DNA of 53,038 nt, from assembly GCF_001194135.2 (NCBI RefSeq), contig NC_068986.1, forward strand, positions 82,762,708 to 82,815,745, written 5' to 3'. Source of the stretch: Octopus bimaculoides (lineage: Eukaryota). Made by a program: the position numbers and the translations under genes. A model generated the notes under the pieces. The model had not been told where the DNA came from and searched no databases. It saw only the letters and a list, made by a program, of their open reading frames with translations. Shown in pieces: positions 36,270 through 48,636 of the stretch; position 1 is the first letter of the stretch, and each line of letters starts with the position of its first letter.

Positions 36270-36625
36270 AAAACTGTTGCAGTCTTGTCATATACTGTGT
36301 CACACTGATTCCAACTGAGAATTACGTTAAGAGTACGTGTGTCCGTGAAATACTCGGTCACCTCTACGTTTGTTACTTGAGCAAATAGTTCACTTGATCG
36401 AGCACCTGAACACACGTAATCGAAACCGACGAAGCTACATTTACATGTTTCGGGGAAGGGGTGGGGCAACGAACGTGACACTGTGTGACACGGCTGTATT
36501 TTTTAATTAGAGGTGCAATCCACCTGCTAGGCTTTCACACAGTTTCACTCGACCCATTTACGTCGACCCGACGCTATTGTAAAAAACACTCGCGATTCTA
36601 CGCAGTGTCTTTGACCAGAAATTCA
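36270..36625. mobile_element. Degenerate SINE fragments: family C body (+) about 36270-36450, an inverted piece of it about 36474-36500 and a family B piece (-) about 36525-36625
   Basis: CAGTCTTGTCATATACTGTGTCACAC versus CGTGACACTGTGTGACACGGCTG (imperfect inverted match). Family identity is from memory of octopus repeats. Confidence 0.4.
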
Positions 36626-38104
36626 GTACAACACTTGTCGTGGCAGTAAATAGAAGGATGAGTAAATGAGAAAGTCTTACGTAATCCTTTGACATACAAG
36701 AAACAACCATCGACTCTCTTTCAAATCATACCTTTCAATCACAAAAAAAAAACAAAGAAACATAGGATGCACTGGATAAGGTAGCATTAACTATCTAATT
36801 AAAGACGAGATGGTAAAATGTGATTGCTAAAATGTGATTGACCTGCAGTTTAAACAAACTGCAACAATTGTTGATCGAGAAATTCAATTTAATATGCTGT
36901 AATCCTGAATTTGAAGACTATTATAACGTCTTTAAATACAGGATTATGTCATAATACAGCTACATCATTACATGTATTTAAATATAGTAGTCTCACTTTT
37001 GTCTTTCACAAAGAAACAAAAGAATTATTTTTAAGAATTCCAACAACACAACTTTTCTATGTCACCGTTTTATTGAAGCAGCGTTACAACAGCGCACATG
37101 GCCGTCTATGGAATACAAAATACAAAAAGAGTGATCCTTTCACAAATTCGCAGTGACCACCACTCAATTAGAAACTGCCATTGTGTCTAATCTATGAGGC
37201 TTAAACAATTCTAATTATATAATACTTGCACAATGAACTTGTACAACAATGGAAGTGTTCCTCTTCGTTCATTTTACTTGCCTTGCTCAGTTTATCAGTT
37301 AACCCATAACAAAACTAACTGGAAGTCCATTAGAGGCAAAATTAAACTCTTCCTAATTAAAGTTTGAATTAGACACAAATATTTTTACAAATTGGATAAA
37401 AATAAAAAATAAAAAGTGCACATTTGATAGTTTCTATCTAGTGATGATAATAGAAAATAATTGACAATGTTGAATGGTAATAAGAACTTTTACAAAATAT
37501 TTCATTGTAGTCGCTTTTAATAATGGATTCATGAAAATGCCATCTAAACTTTGTGCATTATTTTAAGCACAAGATGAATCTGGTTTTCACTTCTTGTTAC
37601 ATACTTCTACATTGGTGAAAAATCTGGCTACTAAGCAATTCTGTGGGTTTGTGGTGGTGGAGGAGGTTCTTTTAGATTTTGTTTTTGTTTTTGGTTTTGT
37701 ATTTTTGTTTTGTTTTATGCTTTTTATTGGTTTTTTTTTGTTTGTTTTTGTTTTTTCACTTGTAATGTAAGTTAGATGTCGATTCAACACTGTAACTTAC
37801 ACAGTTAACTTACCATCAACAAACAGCAAAGCAGCTTCTATGAGATGGCTAGATTTGCAAGAAGTAGCGGTCAAATCGCTGTAAAACTATATATATATAT
37901 ATATACCCAACTATTTTAAATAAGGCGAAAATACATTAGATAATGTAGTTGTATATACCCGTAAAATGACGGGGTCGTGGAATTTTTAATTAAAACAAAA
38001 ATATTGTATCATTTCTACGAAAATAGGAGAAGCGTTCATTAAGGATCGTGGGTGTGTCAGTCCTGCGTGTGAAGATAACTTCTCTTTTATGTTGCAGTAA
38101 TGTG

Positions 38105-38420
38105 GAAGGACACGTAACCTGGTACCTCTAGTCCTTGATCCCATTATTGTCTTTTATCATCTCAGCCGTAGCCGCCCGTAAATCCCATTAAATAGTCTCA
38201 CAAAACTTCCCCTCCGCTTCTCTCACCCTCATCTCTTACAATAAATGCAATCTTTGCAATGCATTATATATCATAACATTGTTGATCACATTCAAAGCAG
38301 TTTGGTAGCCCAACATTTCAACTCTCCTGGTCATTCTACTGACCACTTCTCGATAACTAGAGCTTTTCAACACCACGGTCCTCGACTTTATAGTAGTTGC
38401 TGAATTGCCGGAATACTTCA
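38105..38420 (+). mobile_element. Penelope-like element GIY-YIG endonuclease fragment
   Basis: QNFPSASLTLISYNKCNLCNALYI, then after a frameshift or deletion SLVAQHFNSPGHSTDHFSI; matches the PLE pattern C..C..LYIG..VA.HFNSPGHS. Confidence 0.65.
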
Positions 38421-38429
38421 GACCGCTAC

Positions 38430-39130
38430 ATCACGAAAACAGCACCCACTGACAAATAATTTCACAACGGTCGGTGGGAGAGGCGGCAAATTGCCACGAA
38501 TTCCGTCAGAGAGATGATAGTACGTCTTAACAACTTCCCGGAAATCGAAGTGGTCTAAAGTAAATCAGTAGCAATCTAGGAAAAAGATTTATCGAGGTGA
38601 GATGATCTGGGTTGACCGACCAATGGGAGTGATGTCAGCCGAGGTCTGTTAAATGAACGGTGATATGCATGAAGACCCTTTTTTAAAGAAAAAGAATCGT
38701 AACAGAGTGCAACCCTGGAAATACTCAGTGTCGGTTATGAAATGAGAGATGGTTATGAAATGGCGAGCTCTTCCAAGGGAGATTAGTAAGTCCGAAGGTA
38801 AAGTCGCCAAAGTGCGTGAAGATGAGCTAGGTGTGCAGACAATAGAAAGTTGATATACAAACTGATGAAGAGGTGGGCTTTGGTATTCGAGAGGAAGCTG
38901 AACAATTGTCGGTTAAAATGGTGGATGTAAAAGGGAGATGGGAGAGTCCAGATGGAAGGGAGGAGAGGTCGAGAATGTTCGATAACAGAGTGCAGTGGGA
39001 GAAACTTGGAATAGGTGGAGTGGATTGTGGAGTGGATTGTGGCCCGCATGAGTTGCTGTGAGGATTTAGAGAGAAGGCATCCAAAAAGACGCGGTCAGTA
39101 GTGTGCTGGGTTAAAATGAAATTTGAAATG
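38430..39130 (-). mobile_element. Penelope-like element, N-terminal ORF region, very degenerate
   Basis: Minus-strand SLKKGLH..RPRLTS..TSISGK..LTEFVAICR loosely follows the PLE N-terminal LSKGL..RRLRL..WTP.G..FI..CR pattern; Pro/Ser/Leu-rich composition. Confidence 0.35.
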
Positions 39131-39224
39131 TGCGTAGGACGTCAGATGGAGAGGCGTAGAGCGCATGATGGAAAGACGCAGGGTGTAGGATGGAGAGATG
39201 TAGTGGGGTGCGGGGTGGAAAGAT

Positions 39225-39620
39225 GTAGGAGTGGAGGGTGGAGAGGTGAGGGTGGAGAGGTGAGGGTGGAGAGGTGAGGGTGGAGAGGTGAGGGTGGAGA
39301 GGTGAGGGTGGAGAGGTGAGGNNNNNNNNNNNNNNNNNNNNNNNNNNNNNNNNNNNNNNNNNNNNNNNNNNNNNNNNNNNNNNNNNNNNNNNNNNNNNNN
39401 NNNNNNNNNNNNNNNNNNNNNNNNNNNNNNNNNNNNNNNNNNNNNNNNNNNNNNNNNNNNNNNNNNNNNNNNNNNNNNNNNNNNNNNNNNNNNNNNNNNN
39501 NNNNNNNNNNNNNNNNNNNNNNNNNNNNNNNNNNNNNNNNNNNNNNNNNNNNNNNNNNNNNNNNNNNNNNNNNNNNNNNNNNNNNNNNNNNNNNNNNNNN
39601 NNNNNNNNNNNNNGGTGAGG
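39225..39620. repeat. G-rich 14-bp minisatellite (GGTGAGGGTGGAGA)n spanning a gap
   Basis: About 6 perfect units before the Ns at 39322 and a unit remnant after them. Confidence 0.9.
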
Positions 39621-39702
39621 GCGTAAGGTCGGGAGATGTAGGGTGGAGAAGAGTAGGATATAGCGTGGGTGGGGGGTATAGAGACATAGTGATTAAAAAT
39701 TA

Positions 39703-39850
39703 TTCAAGGCCCGAAGTTTTAGGGGAGAGGGCCAGTCGATTAGATCGACCCAGTACGCAACTGGTACTTAATTTATCCACCGAAAGGATGAAAGGCAAAG
39801 TCAACCTCGGCGGAATTTGAACTCAGAACGTAAAGACAAACGAAATAAAT
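39703..39850 (-). mobile_element. SINE family A, 5'-truncated
   Basis: Reverse-complement core and B box GGAATTTGAACTC. Confidence 0.9.
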
Positions 39851-40448
39851 TACAGATGATATATTACAAAACGTATGCAAAAAATTCTTGCTTAAAATTC
39901 CTCCCACCCTTTATTAGAGAAAAACTAAAGCCTTTGATGCTTGCTTACAGACAAACGGAACAAGAAAGAACATGGTTCCGTCTGTTAGACCTTACTAGTC
40001 CAAAGGTCTAAGTGGACAAAAACTAAATAGAGTGAGGGAAAAGTTCAGAATAATTCATGGCCGGAATACGTTGCATTACTGAGACAAAATGAGTCCAGGG
40101 AAATTATTCTGTCCATAAATCTTTTTTTTAATATAAGAATCTTGACTTGACTGTGGTCTAATAGATTGAAACATTCCCATACTTATCTCCTTTGTAAGGA
40201 AAGAAAAACGTTCTCAAAACACGGAAAGAGATTTAGTCCTTAATTTATTAAAAGTTATCTTCCCCTTTTCTTTGAAGGGTGCTAACAACTAACCGCTAAG
40301 TGTTTGTTTTATTTCGCTAACTGCGATTAATAATTTTTCTTGTGCGCCGTTCACTATGTCAGTTCATCTATAGTCATGCCATTGGCCTATTTCGGTTGCT
40401 TCCCTTGGCTCAATTTTATTTTTTAACGCTGTGTGCTGACTCACAATG

Positions 40449-40449
<1 letters not shown>

Positions 40450-40498
<49 letters not shown>

Positions 40499-40568
40499 GC
40501 ACGTGTGGTTTAATTGTAGGTACTTGAGCATGTGAGTGACTGTAAATGTGTATTTGATTTATATACCA

Positions 40569-40599
<31 letters not shown>

Positions 40600-41437
40600 T
40601 GTGTGTGTGTATGTGTGTCGCATGCATGTCTCAGCATGTGCATTGTAACCAATATGTGTACATAATACACAATTCATCAAAGCCTCTCCCTATATTCACT
40701 ACCACTACCATGACTACTACTACTACTACTACTACTAACAACAACAACACCTCCTCCACCAAAACCCTTTCAACCACTACCAACAACACTGCCACCACCA
40801 CCACCACTGTCACCACCGCCACCACCACCACCAGTGTCACCGCTACCACCAACAACAACAACAACATTACCACCGCCATCACCCCCACCTCTATCACCAC
40901 CGTAGCCAGCTTCCACAGACGTTGACCTTGAAATTGGAGAAGAAATGAAAACAGTGTAAGACGACATAACTGTTTACAATCCCTTTCCCAACCCCTTCAG
41001 CTCCTTTAGCTNNNNNNNNNNNNNNNNNNNNNNNNNNNNNNNNNNNNNNNNNNNNNNNNNNNNNNNNNNNNNNNNNNNNNNNNNNNNNNNNNNNNNNNNN
41101 NNNNNNNNNNNNNNNNNNNNNNNNNNNNNNNNNNNNNNNNNNNNNNNNNNNNNNNNNNNNNNNNNNNNNNNNNNNNNNNNNNNNNNNNNNNNNNNNNNNN
41201 NNNNNNNNNNNNNNNNNNNNNNNNNNNNNNNNNNNNNNNNNNNNNNNNNNNNNNNNNNNNNNNNNNNNNNNNNNNNNNNNNNNNNNNNNNNNNNNNNNNN
41301 NNNNNNNNNNNNNNNNNNNNNNNNNNNNNNNNNNNNNNNNNNNNNNNNNNNNNNNNNNNNNNNNNNNNNNNNNNNNNNNNNNNNNNNNNNNNNNNNNNNN
41401 NNNNNNNNNNNNNNNNNNNNNNNNNNNNNNNNNNNNN

Positions 41438-41495
<58 letters not shown>
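40450..41495. repeat. (TG)n, (ACT/ACC/AAC)n mosaic and (GGCT)n microsatellites
   Basis: Read directly. Confidence 0.9.
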
Positions 41496-41496
<1 letters not shown>

Positions 41497-41599
41497 TTTG
41501 AGATTTATATCTTTCAGAATTCAAATCAGTCAACAATGTTATGAGGCCCTTCTTGAGAGCAGACAGTTCCATGGATTTATGAATATAAGTATGTATATA

Positions 41600-42007
41600 T
41601 GTAGGCGTATGTGTGTGGATTAACTTAAAGTCATGTAATGGGACTTAACTCTTTGCCTGTCCAAATCATTTTAATAAGCGTGTCCCAAGCGTCCATGCTT
41701 GTTTTCAAGCATATACTTAGCATTTGTTTCATATGTTCTAAGTAACATGAATTCTTATATTCTAAGAATACAAATGGGTCGAGGTTCACTACAGTTGTTT
41801 CAGATGCGTTTTTTATTGAACAAATCAATGACATCGTGAAAAAAAAAACGTTTTCTTCGGGTAAATTAAAATTTAACATTTAAGATTTGGCTGATAAAGA
41901 ATATATGTTGACTCCCTCATCTCGGTGAGGATCAAGAGATCGTATTCTGAAGTAATATATGAAACAAGGGCTTTCATATTTAATTCCATAAGCCCCAAGT
42001 TACTCTG

Positions 42008-42096
<89 letters not shown>

Positions 42097-42395
42097 CGCG
42101 CGCATCTGTATGTGTATGTGTCTGCTTGTGTCTGTGTCTGTGTGTGTCTGTCTGTGTGTGCCCGTGTCTGTGTGTGTCTGTGTCTATGTTTTTGGGGTGG
42201 GGATGTGTGTGATTACCCTTTACATATCTGTGTGTATACTGTATACACGCGTGATTGTATGTGTTCATTCCAGGAAACTTCAATAGAGAAATCCTTGGTA
42301 TGTTTTGCAAACCTTCACCGTACCACTGATCGATTGGATTTGGTGACTGCGAGTCACTTATTTTCTCTTCTGTTAAAGAAAACCTCCAAGATTCC
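41600..42395 (-). mobile_element. Probable RLE-type (R4-like) RT fossil split by a (TG)n tract at about 42010-42240
   Basis: SPNPIDQWYGEGLQNI; NMKALVSYITSEYDLLILTEM; NLDPFVFLEYKNSCY resemble the SPG.D..GYW.K, N..YK.YT and NL..W.DY.KA.D RT motifs in order. Weak. Confidence 0.4.
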
Positions 42396-42399
42396 AATA

Positions 42400-42597
42400 C
42401 AGTAATCTCTCGCCATATCGCGGTTCACCTATCGCGCACTCAGTACATTTTTCTGGCTAATATATGTAAGTTTATATCGAGATTCCTCATTATACTGCGT
42501 GTTTCTGCGACCGATAGGTATTTATATTTTTTTAGATTTTAATTAATTCTGTGGGAGGTTTTGGAACGTAACACCCGCCATTGTCGAGGGATTACTG
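42400..42597. mobile_element. pogo/Tigger-type (Tc1-mariner) MITE, 198 bp
   Basis: TIRs CAGTAATCTCTCG / CGAGGGATTACTG (12/13); TA target duplication at 42398-42399 and 42598-42599. Confidence 0.85.
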
Positions 42598-43196
42598 TAC
42601 TTCTATGCAAATCTGTTGTTACTGTACCCCAGTGCACTTATAATAGGTACAACTGAGAATCTATAGACTGGAAATTAGTAAAGATCGCCTAGTTTTTATG
42701 TCCAGTACATTTTGAGTGTGAGCTATGGTGTAATCTTAACGTTCTTATTTCCTATAGTAACAAAACTTTTAACTTTCCAGTCGTGATCTGTATTTAAGAG
42801 CTATCAGTTTAGTTCCCCATTGTTAGTTCCCCTATATTTTGAATAGTCTATCATAAAGTCATAACAAGTGATTCGTGAATTCAATATTCGTTTAGTATCC
42901 AGTTTTATCGATGTTTTCTCGACTGTGTCGATTTTTTTTTTTTCATGGGGAGGATGCCAGTTTGAGATAGGTAATCCATTTTTGTTGCGTGTTATCATTT
43001 CGATCGATTTGTTGGCCTATGGAAACTGTGTCCAAAATGTAAGACATTCAAATTGTGCAAGTTGTTCTTTACGAATTTGATCAATTACAGATAATATCAA
43101 GCCAGTAGATTCTCTATCGACTCGTGCCACAACTCTTTTTTTCATTTAGTAGCTTCCAGATGTACCTGTGCCATGTATAAATAACCATACCTTTAC

Positions 43197-43252
<56 letters not shown>

Positions 43253-43289
43253 CATGAGTTGTCTGTCATACACTTACATTGGAAGTGCG

Positions 43290-43845
43290 AAAGAACGAAC
43301 CTTTACTCATTTTCTTCCAACAAGGCCACCGAGCCTGGTCGAACCTGTATCTGAATTAATCCTTAATGCGCTTCAAAAGTAGCCCTCATTCTCACTAAAC
43401 GCTTCAAGCTCAAACTTTTTTCTCTCTGTCTTTCTCTGTTTCTCTCACCAGGGATTTATCTTAATCTTTTGGAACACTTTACAGCGTGTCCCATTCTCAA
43501 TAAGAACAGCCCCTCGCATAACCCCAAACAACTATTATCCTATAGATCATGCTCCCAACATCTCAAAGATAATAGAGACAATCATCAACGACTAACCTTC
43601 TCCAATATATTGAACCGATCTCCCCGTTCAATTACTTCTATAAAGGTTCCTGTAAAGCCAAATCTACTTGAGATCAACTCTTTTATGTTACTCATCAATG
43701 GACTCTTATCTTTGAAACATTTAGTAAAAACGATGTTGTTGTATTTCACACTAATAAATAATTTGGCCATGTCTATCAAGCAAAATTCCTGAACTAAACG
43801 AGTACCCTCGTCCTTTAGACCGGACACTGTTTGTTCTGATGAAGT

Positions 43846-43910
<65 letters not shown>

Positions 43911-44810
43911 AAACCTAACAACTCTGCCTTGCCCCAAGCTCTGGTTGTTCTCCCTCATTTCTCCTCATAAATATCAACGACCTACTTTTCGTTACCTTTG
44001 CCAATACCCACTCTAATGCAGATGATACCCACCATCGACTCTTCCCTAACTATCTACACTCAAGCATCATCCACGTACAATCTAGACTGCAAACTAGGCA
44101 TTTCACACCAAACCTGAACTGCTTCATGAGCTGAGACTTTGGAATATACTTCAATTGGCTCATAAAAATTTTGTTTCCTTCAACAACACAGACAGAATTG
44201 CTACAAATATTGAGAAAAGGTTTGTATCCCACTTCAGCCCATCTGACCGTGAATAACACGTAACTAAAACCTTAAGATTCGCTACAAACGTTGTACCTCT
44301 AAATAAATAATGATTTCTTCTGACGATTTCACATCTGCTAAATAAAACTGCATTTTAAAGACTGGCCTTCCATTTTAGGATTAGAAAATAATTCAGCTCC
44401 TGAAAGCCGTTAATTTTCTACGAAACTCAAACGTGATCCATAATGGTGAACTGCTATTACATCTGTGACGCTGTTGCTGCTGCTGTACACAGATATCTTA
44501 GATCTCATCTCATCCAGAAAAAAAACGTCCAAAACACGCTCATCTCTGACCCACAGATGCAGTGTCTCTTCGCAAAGCATTTTCAAACCCCTTTCCACTT
44601 TATGTAAGCAAAAAATACGCCCAATTCTTTTTCCCAGAACCTCGGTCCTCTGGAGTTCGTTCCTTATCAATGTTGTTCCTGCAAATTTCACATTTCATGT
44701 GTTCAAGAATATAAACCTCATTCACCTCGCTGGGCCCGAAGAGAGTCTGAGAACCATGGACACAGCCTTTTGCTCCAAACCAAACCATTAAATGAAAATT
44801 AAAAGACGGT
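43290..44810 (+). mobile_element. CR1/L2-group (APE-type) LINE RT and 3' end, fossil, with (CT)n at 43845-43908
   Basis: NKATEP..CASKVALIL; NYYPIDHAPNISKIIETIIND; KAKST; PQ.S..SPSFLLININDLL..HSNADDT; KNFVSFN; LTHRCSVSS; FPRTSVLWSS. Confidence 0.85.
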
Positions 44811-44829
44811 TACTTAGCAAGAAGTGTAC

Positions 44830-45240
44830 AATTTATTTAAAATCAGAATATCTCCTGATTTGAATTTAGATTTGAATATCTCTTGATTTGAATTTAGACA
44901 GTTATTGGTTCACTTAGATTTAAATAGGATGTGTGTTCTTTTTTCCGCTGTACAAGGATTGTATTCCTTGAATCCCTTTATGTATAGCTTCGCTCTCTCT
45001 AGGACCCACCATTTATTGTTGTGGTCGATGGTTTGATCCCTCATTTTTTAGGTATGGTTTGTTTGGTGTTGTAGAATTTCTTTTGACGGTGTGTCTGAAT
45101 AACTATTCATGGTTGTAAAATATTTTCTTTAACATTTCCTTACATGTAACGTTTCTTATCGACCGTCTGGTTTAGTGTGCTTGAGATGACTTCACCTTCG
45201 TACACTACCACTTGCGAAGCAATTTCGTAATTTCTTAAAG
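44830..45240 (-). mobile_element. Penelope-like GIY-YIG C-terminal region, second family
   Basis: VVYEGEVISS..KWWVLERAKLYIKGFKEYNPCTAEK matches the PLE pattern W.IL.RA..Y..G...CNLC..EK. A roughly 29-bp tandem duplication lies at 44850-44900. Confidence 0.6.
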
Positions 45241-45599
45241 TACAATAATTTAAAATAATTCTGTACTTCCGTTGCCTCAAAATATCATAGAAATATAGAA
45301 TAATAACGTCAGATACCAAACTAAGCTGGAAGGAAGAGCAGAGAAAATGTGTTTTAAGAAAATATCAGAAATTGCACAGTCAGTTTTTGAAAACTAGAAT
45401 GAATCCTCAGACAAAAGTTGCGACGCAAAATTCAAGTGAGTGTAATGCTTCTTCATTAATACGCACTCGTAGAGAAAAACTGAAGATTTAAAAAATAAGG
45501 GCTTTAATGGATAATACGTACAGCGTCACTCACCAATCTCCTCCTCATCAAAACTCATCCATCAAAACTCATTAAATTTTATTCATTTTGGAGGGGAAA

Positions 45600-46950
45600 T
45601 AAGGAATATAAGCAAGTCATCGAAATGCTTGTTACTTTTTGTGGATGGTTGGAAAGGTTAAAAAATGGTCGAATTTTCATAGCATTTAGATAGTCCATCA
45701 GCGAGTACTGATATCCAGGGTGCATCGGAAATGAATTGTAGAAGATGGTAAAACTAAATCTAGCTTTTAGTATGGATGAGATAGGTTACTTTGGAAAGAC
45801 TTACCCTCTAAACTTTTTATAAATCAAGGAAGTGCATATCTGTTAAAGTTGTTTTCATTCCACCGAACTCAACTTCACGGCCACTGTCGGTCGATGCCCC
45901 CAAGCAAAGAAGTAGGATCGACCAAGACATATAAATAGAGGTAGTGTGACCGTCGACTGACGGTGGACTGACGGTTGAGTAGCTGCCGTGTAGCGGGTGA
46001 GTAGAGATCATCCGAAGGTGCTATATAGCAGTAGCTTGAGACATAACAATATGGAAATACATTTCATTACTCTTGTAGTATTAGAGTGATCAAATAGCAA
46101 TGTTTTAAGATTAGAATCTCCAGTAGCTATTCCTCCTATCAGGAATGTGACCCCAACTTTTATTGCGGTATACACTGGTATCTTTTCTTCTTTTGTAAGT
46201 TATGAAAGTTTTTGAGAGTAAACCTTTCTAAAATAACTTACATTCGTCCACACTAATTTTGCATGGGAAGTTTTATTTTACCAGATAATTTATTTTGGTT
46301 TTCAAAAATTGTCAGTGCATCTTCTCATGACTCCACAAAACCCATCTTTTCTCTTCTTTCTAGTTTTCATTTGGCATCTAACGTTATTATTTTATGCCTT
46401 GGTGATATTTTCAGAGTGTTACATTTCTTAGAACTTTCATTATAGCGATTATGATAAACATCAGACCATCACTGAATCAATTAAAATTAAGCCAATAAAA
46501 ATATTAAAGATACTCGGGAAAACGTTAAACCAACCAGTTGCTTTGCGATTTAGAGGAAATTGCGTTATATTTGTTAAGAAATAAATCGAGATAGAGGGTC
46601 AAACAGTATCAAACAGCTTTGTATAGATTGTGCAGAAAGATAAAATTTAAAGATGATGCAGGTGATTACATGATGATAGTGAGATCTCATGAAGACATTA
46701 AGGAGTTATGGAAACCGCTGGCAAGTTCAAACAGTGAAGACTCTTCCACAACTTGTTTTAGAAACATAGTTCTTACAACTTTCAGAAAACTATCTAAATT
46801 TTAGACGAAGTATGGAAGTTAAAATATCGGCAACAGTAGTGTTGAATTGTGATTAGCGATTCATGAAGCAGAGGATAAAACCGAAAAATCTAACAACACC
46901 CGAAACAACATATCTATTATTGTTTCGCATTTTTACTTATTGCATTAACA
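45600..46950 (-). mobile_element. I-group LINE 5' portion (ORF1 remnant and APE endonuclease), very degenerate
   Basis: IATGDSN..SNTTRV (GDFN motif); STHPLHGSYSTV..MSWSI (compare TYLHP.HG.YSAID..FSW). The ORF1 similarity is weak. Confidence 0.45.
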
Positions 46951-47399
46951 AAAAAAAAAGGTGATGGATTATTGAATTACGGATAATTTGGTTGAAAGGA
47001 TTTTTCCTATATATGTACAAGTTTGTATAGCTACAGTATTTCAAATGACTATATATTTCTTTCAAAAACTGAAGCAACTTACCTAGTGCAATAAAATCAA
47101 ATTTCCGCCTTCATTTGAAAATGATGTTTCCGATAGTGAAAAAAAAAATGAAACATTAATACCCGAAGTAGTTGGGTATATGTATATGTGTGTGTGCATG
47201 TACACATATATGGAATGTGTGGGTAGTGTGTTGTGTGGGTTGTATATGTGTTTGCTTGTGTGTGTGCGTGTGTGTACACGAAGGTTGTTTCGAAAATAGT
47301 ACAAAAGTGGACATAACATGATTATTTTATTAAGTGACTTAGGACTACCAAATTGTTTAGAGATAACGAAAGTGACACCAGTAATATTCACAGATAGAT

Positions 47400-48172
47400 G
47401 AAGATGTCTAAAGTAGATCAAATGAGCAATGAAGACAAAACATGCAATGGAAAACCATCGACCGCGACCATTGACACAAATCGCCAGCGAGTGAACAAAT
47501 TGATTTGTGCGGACAGACTAGTCATAGTCCGTGAGTTCGCTGCACAACAGGATTGCAGTCACGATTAGCTGGAAGCATTTGAAACCAATGATGACATCCC
47601 CGATCTGCAGACAGAGGCTGGGATGTAGGCATAAAAGCAGGAAACGAAAACTCAGATCATGGAATGGCATCATACCTCTTCTTCAAGGTTTAAGAAGTTC
47701 AAAACTGAAGAAAGTCAAACTGATTGTTTGGCGCGATGACAAGGGCGTCATTGTCTTCGGTTTTTTTCTGGAACACAACTGTACTGTGAACAGCCCGCGA
47801 CACATTGAAACACTGAAAAGGTTTAGATAAGTCATTAGGAGGAAGAAACAGAACAAGAATCCGAAAACTATCCAAATTCACCATCGCAATGCATGACCAC
47901 ACACAGTTTTGGCAGTAACCTAGGCAATCGGCTAATTGGGTTGGTCGATGATCCCCCCATTCTATTGTAGAGCTCAAGTTTGGCGCCTTCTGCCTTCCAC
48001 CTGTTCAGTCCAATGAGTACAATGATTTGATGTCACACACAAGGTAAAAGTGGCTGTGAAGTGGATTCAACAGTGCACGCCTGAAGTTTTTCAAAGAGGA
48101 TTGAAGAACTGCGTTCAGGGATGACGCAAATGGAATGCTTGTGGTGAAGGCTGTGTTGAGAGATACCTTTGT
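47400..48172 (+). mobile_element. mariner transposase fossil, internally deleted
   Basis: GKPSTATIDTNRQRVNKLICADR; ETKTQIMEWHHTSS..KKFKT; VWRDDKGVIV..NSPRHIETLKR; HHRNA*PHT (HDNARPH); APSAFHLF (APSDFHLF). Confidence 0.85.
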
Positions 48173-48519
48173 ATGGAAGAAGAGTTACTTAATTCCGTTT
48201 GGCACGACATATATAAAGTGAAGGGGAATCAGGTCACATCTTAGCATATGTATTCACAACATTCTTTTCCATTGGTCCAGATAACAAAAGATTCCCTAAG
48301 ATGCACTGGTTCGACTAATCTGAACCAATGCTAATCGTGACTTTTCTCGGGCTCCAACTCCGAATATTTAAAAAAATTTTAAATGATAATGATGATAATA
48401 AATTTTATAGATTTGGGCTGGGAGCCAAACTAAACATTGCAGCGACCCGGAAGCGGCCATGGACTGTAATGAGTTTGATGCTACTCACTGATCTATTAAA
48501 CCATTAAAAACATTAAGGA

Positions 48520-48636
48520 TACATACATACATACATACATACATACATACATACATACATACATACATGCATACGTACGTGGGCATGCGTACGTACGTAC
48601 GTACGTATGTATGTATGTATGTATGTATGTATGTAT
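48520..48636. repeat. Inverted microsatellite (ACAT)n - (ACGT)n - (ATGT)n
   Basis: (ACAT)n 48520-48567 and (ATGT)n 48606-48635 are reverse complements around a CGTA/ACGT run. Confidence 0.9.

Noticed and set aside
39945-39992. Imperfect hairpin CTTACAGACAAACGGAAC..GTTCCGTCTGTTAG
   Set aside because: Too short for a pre-miRNA and matches no miRNA I recognise.
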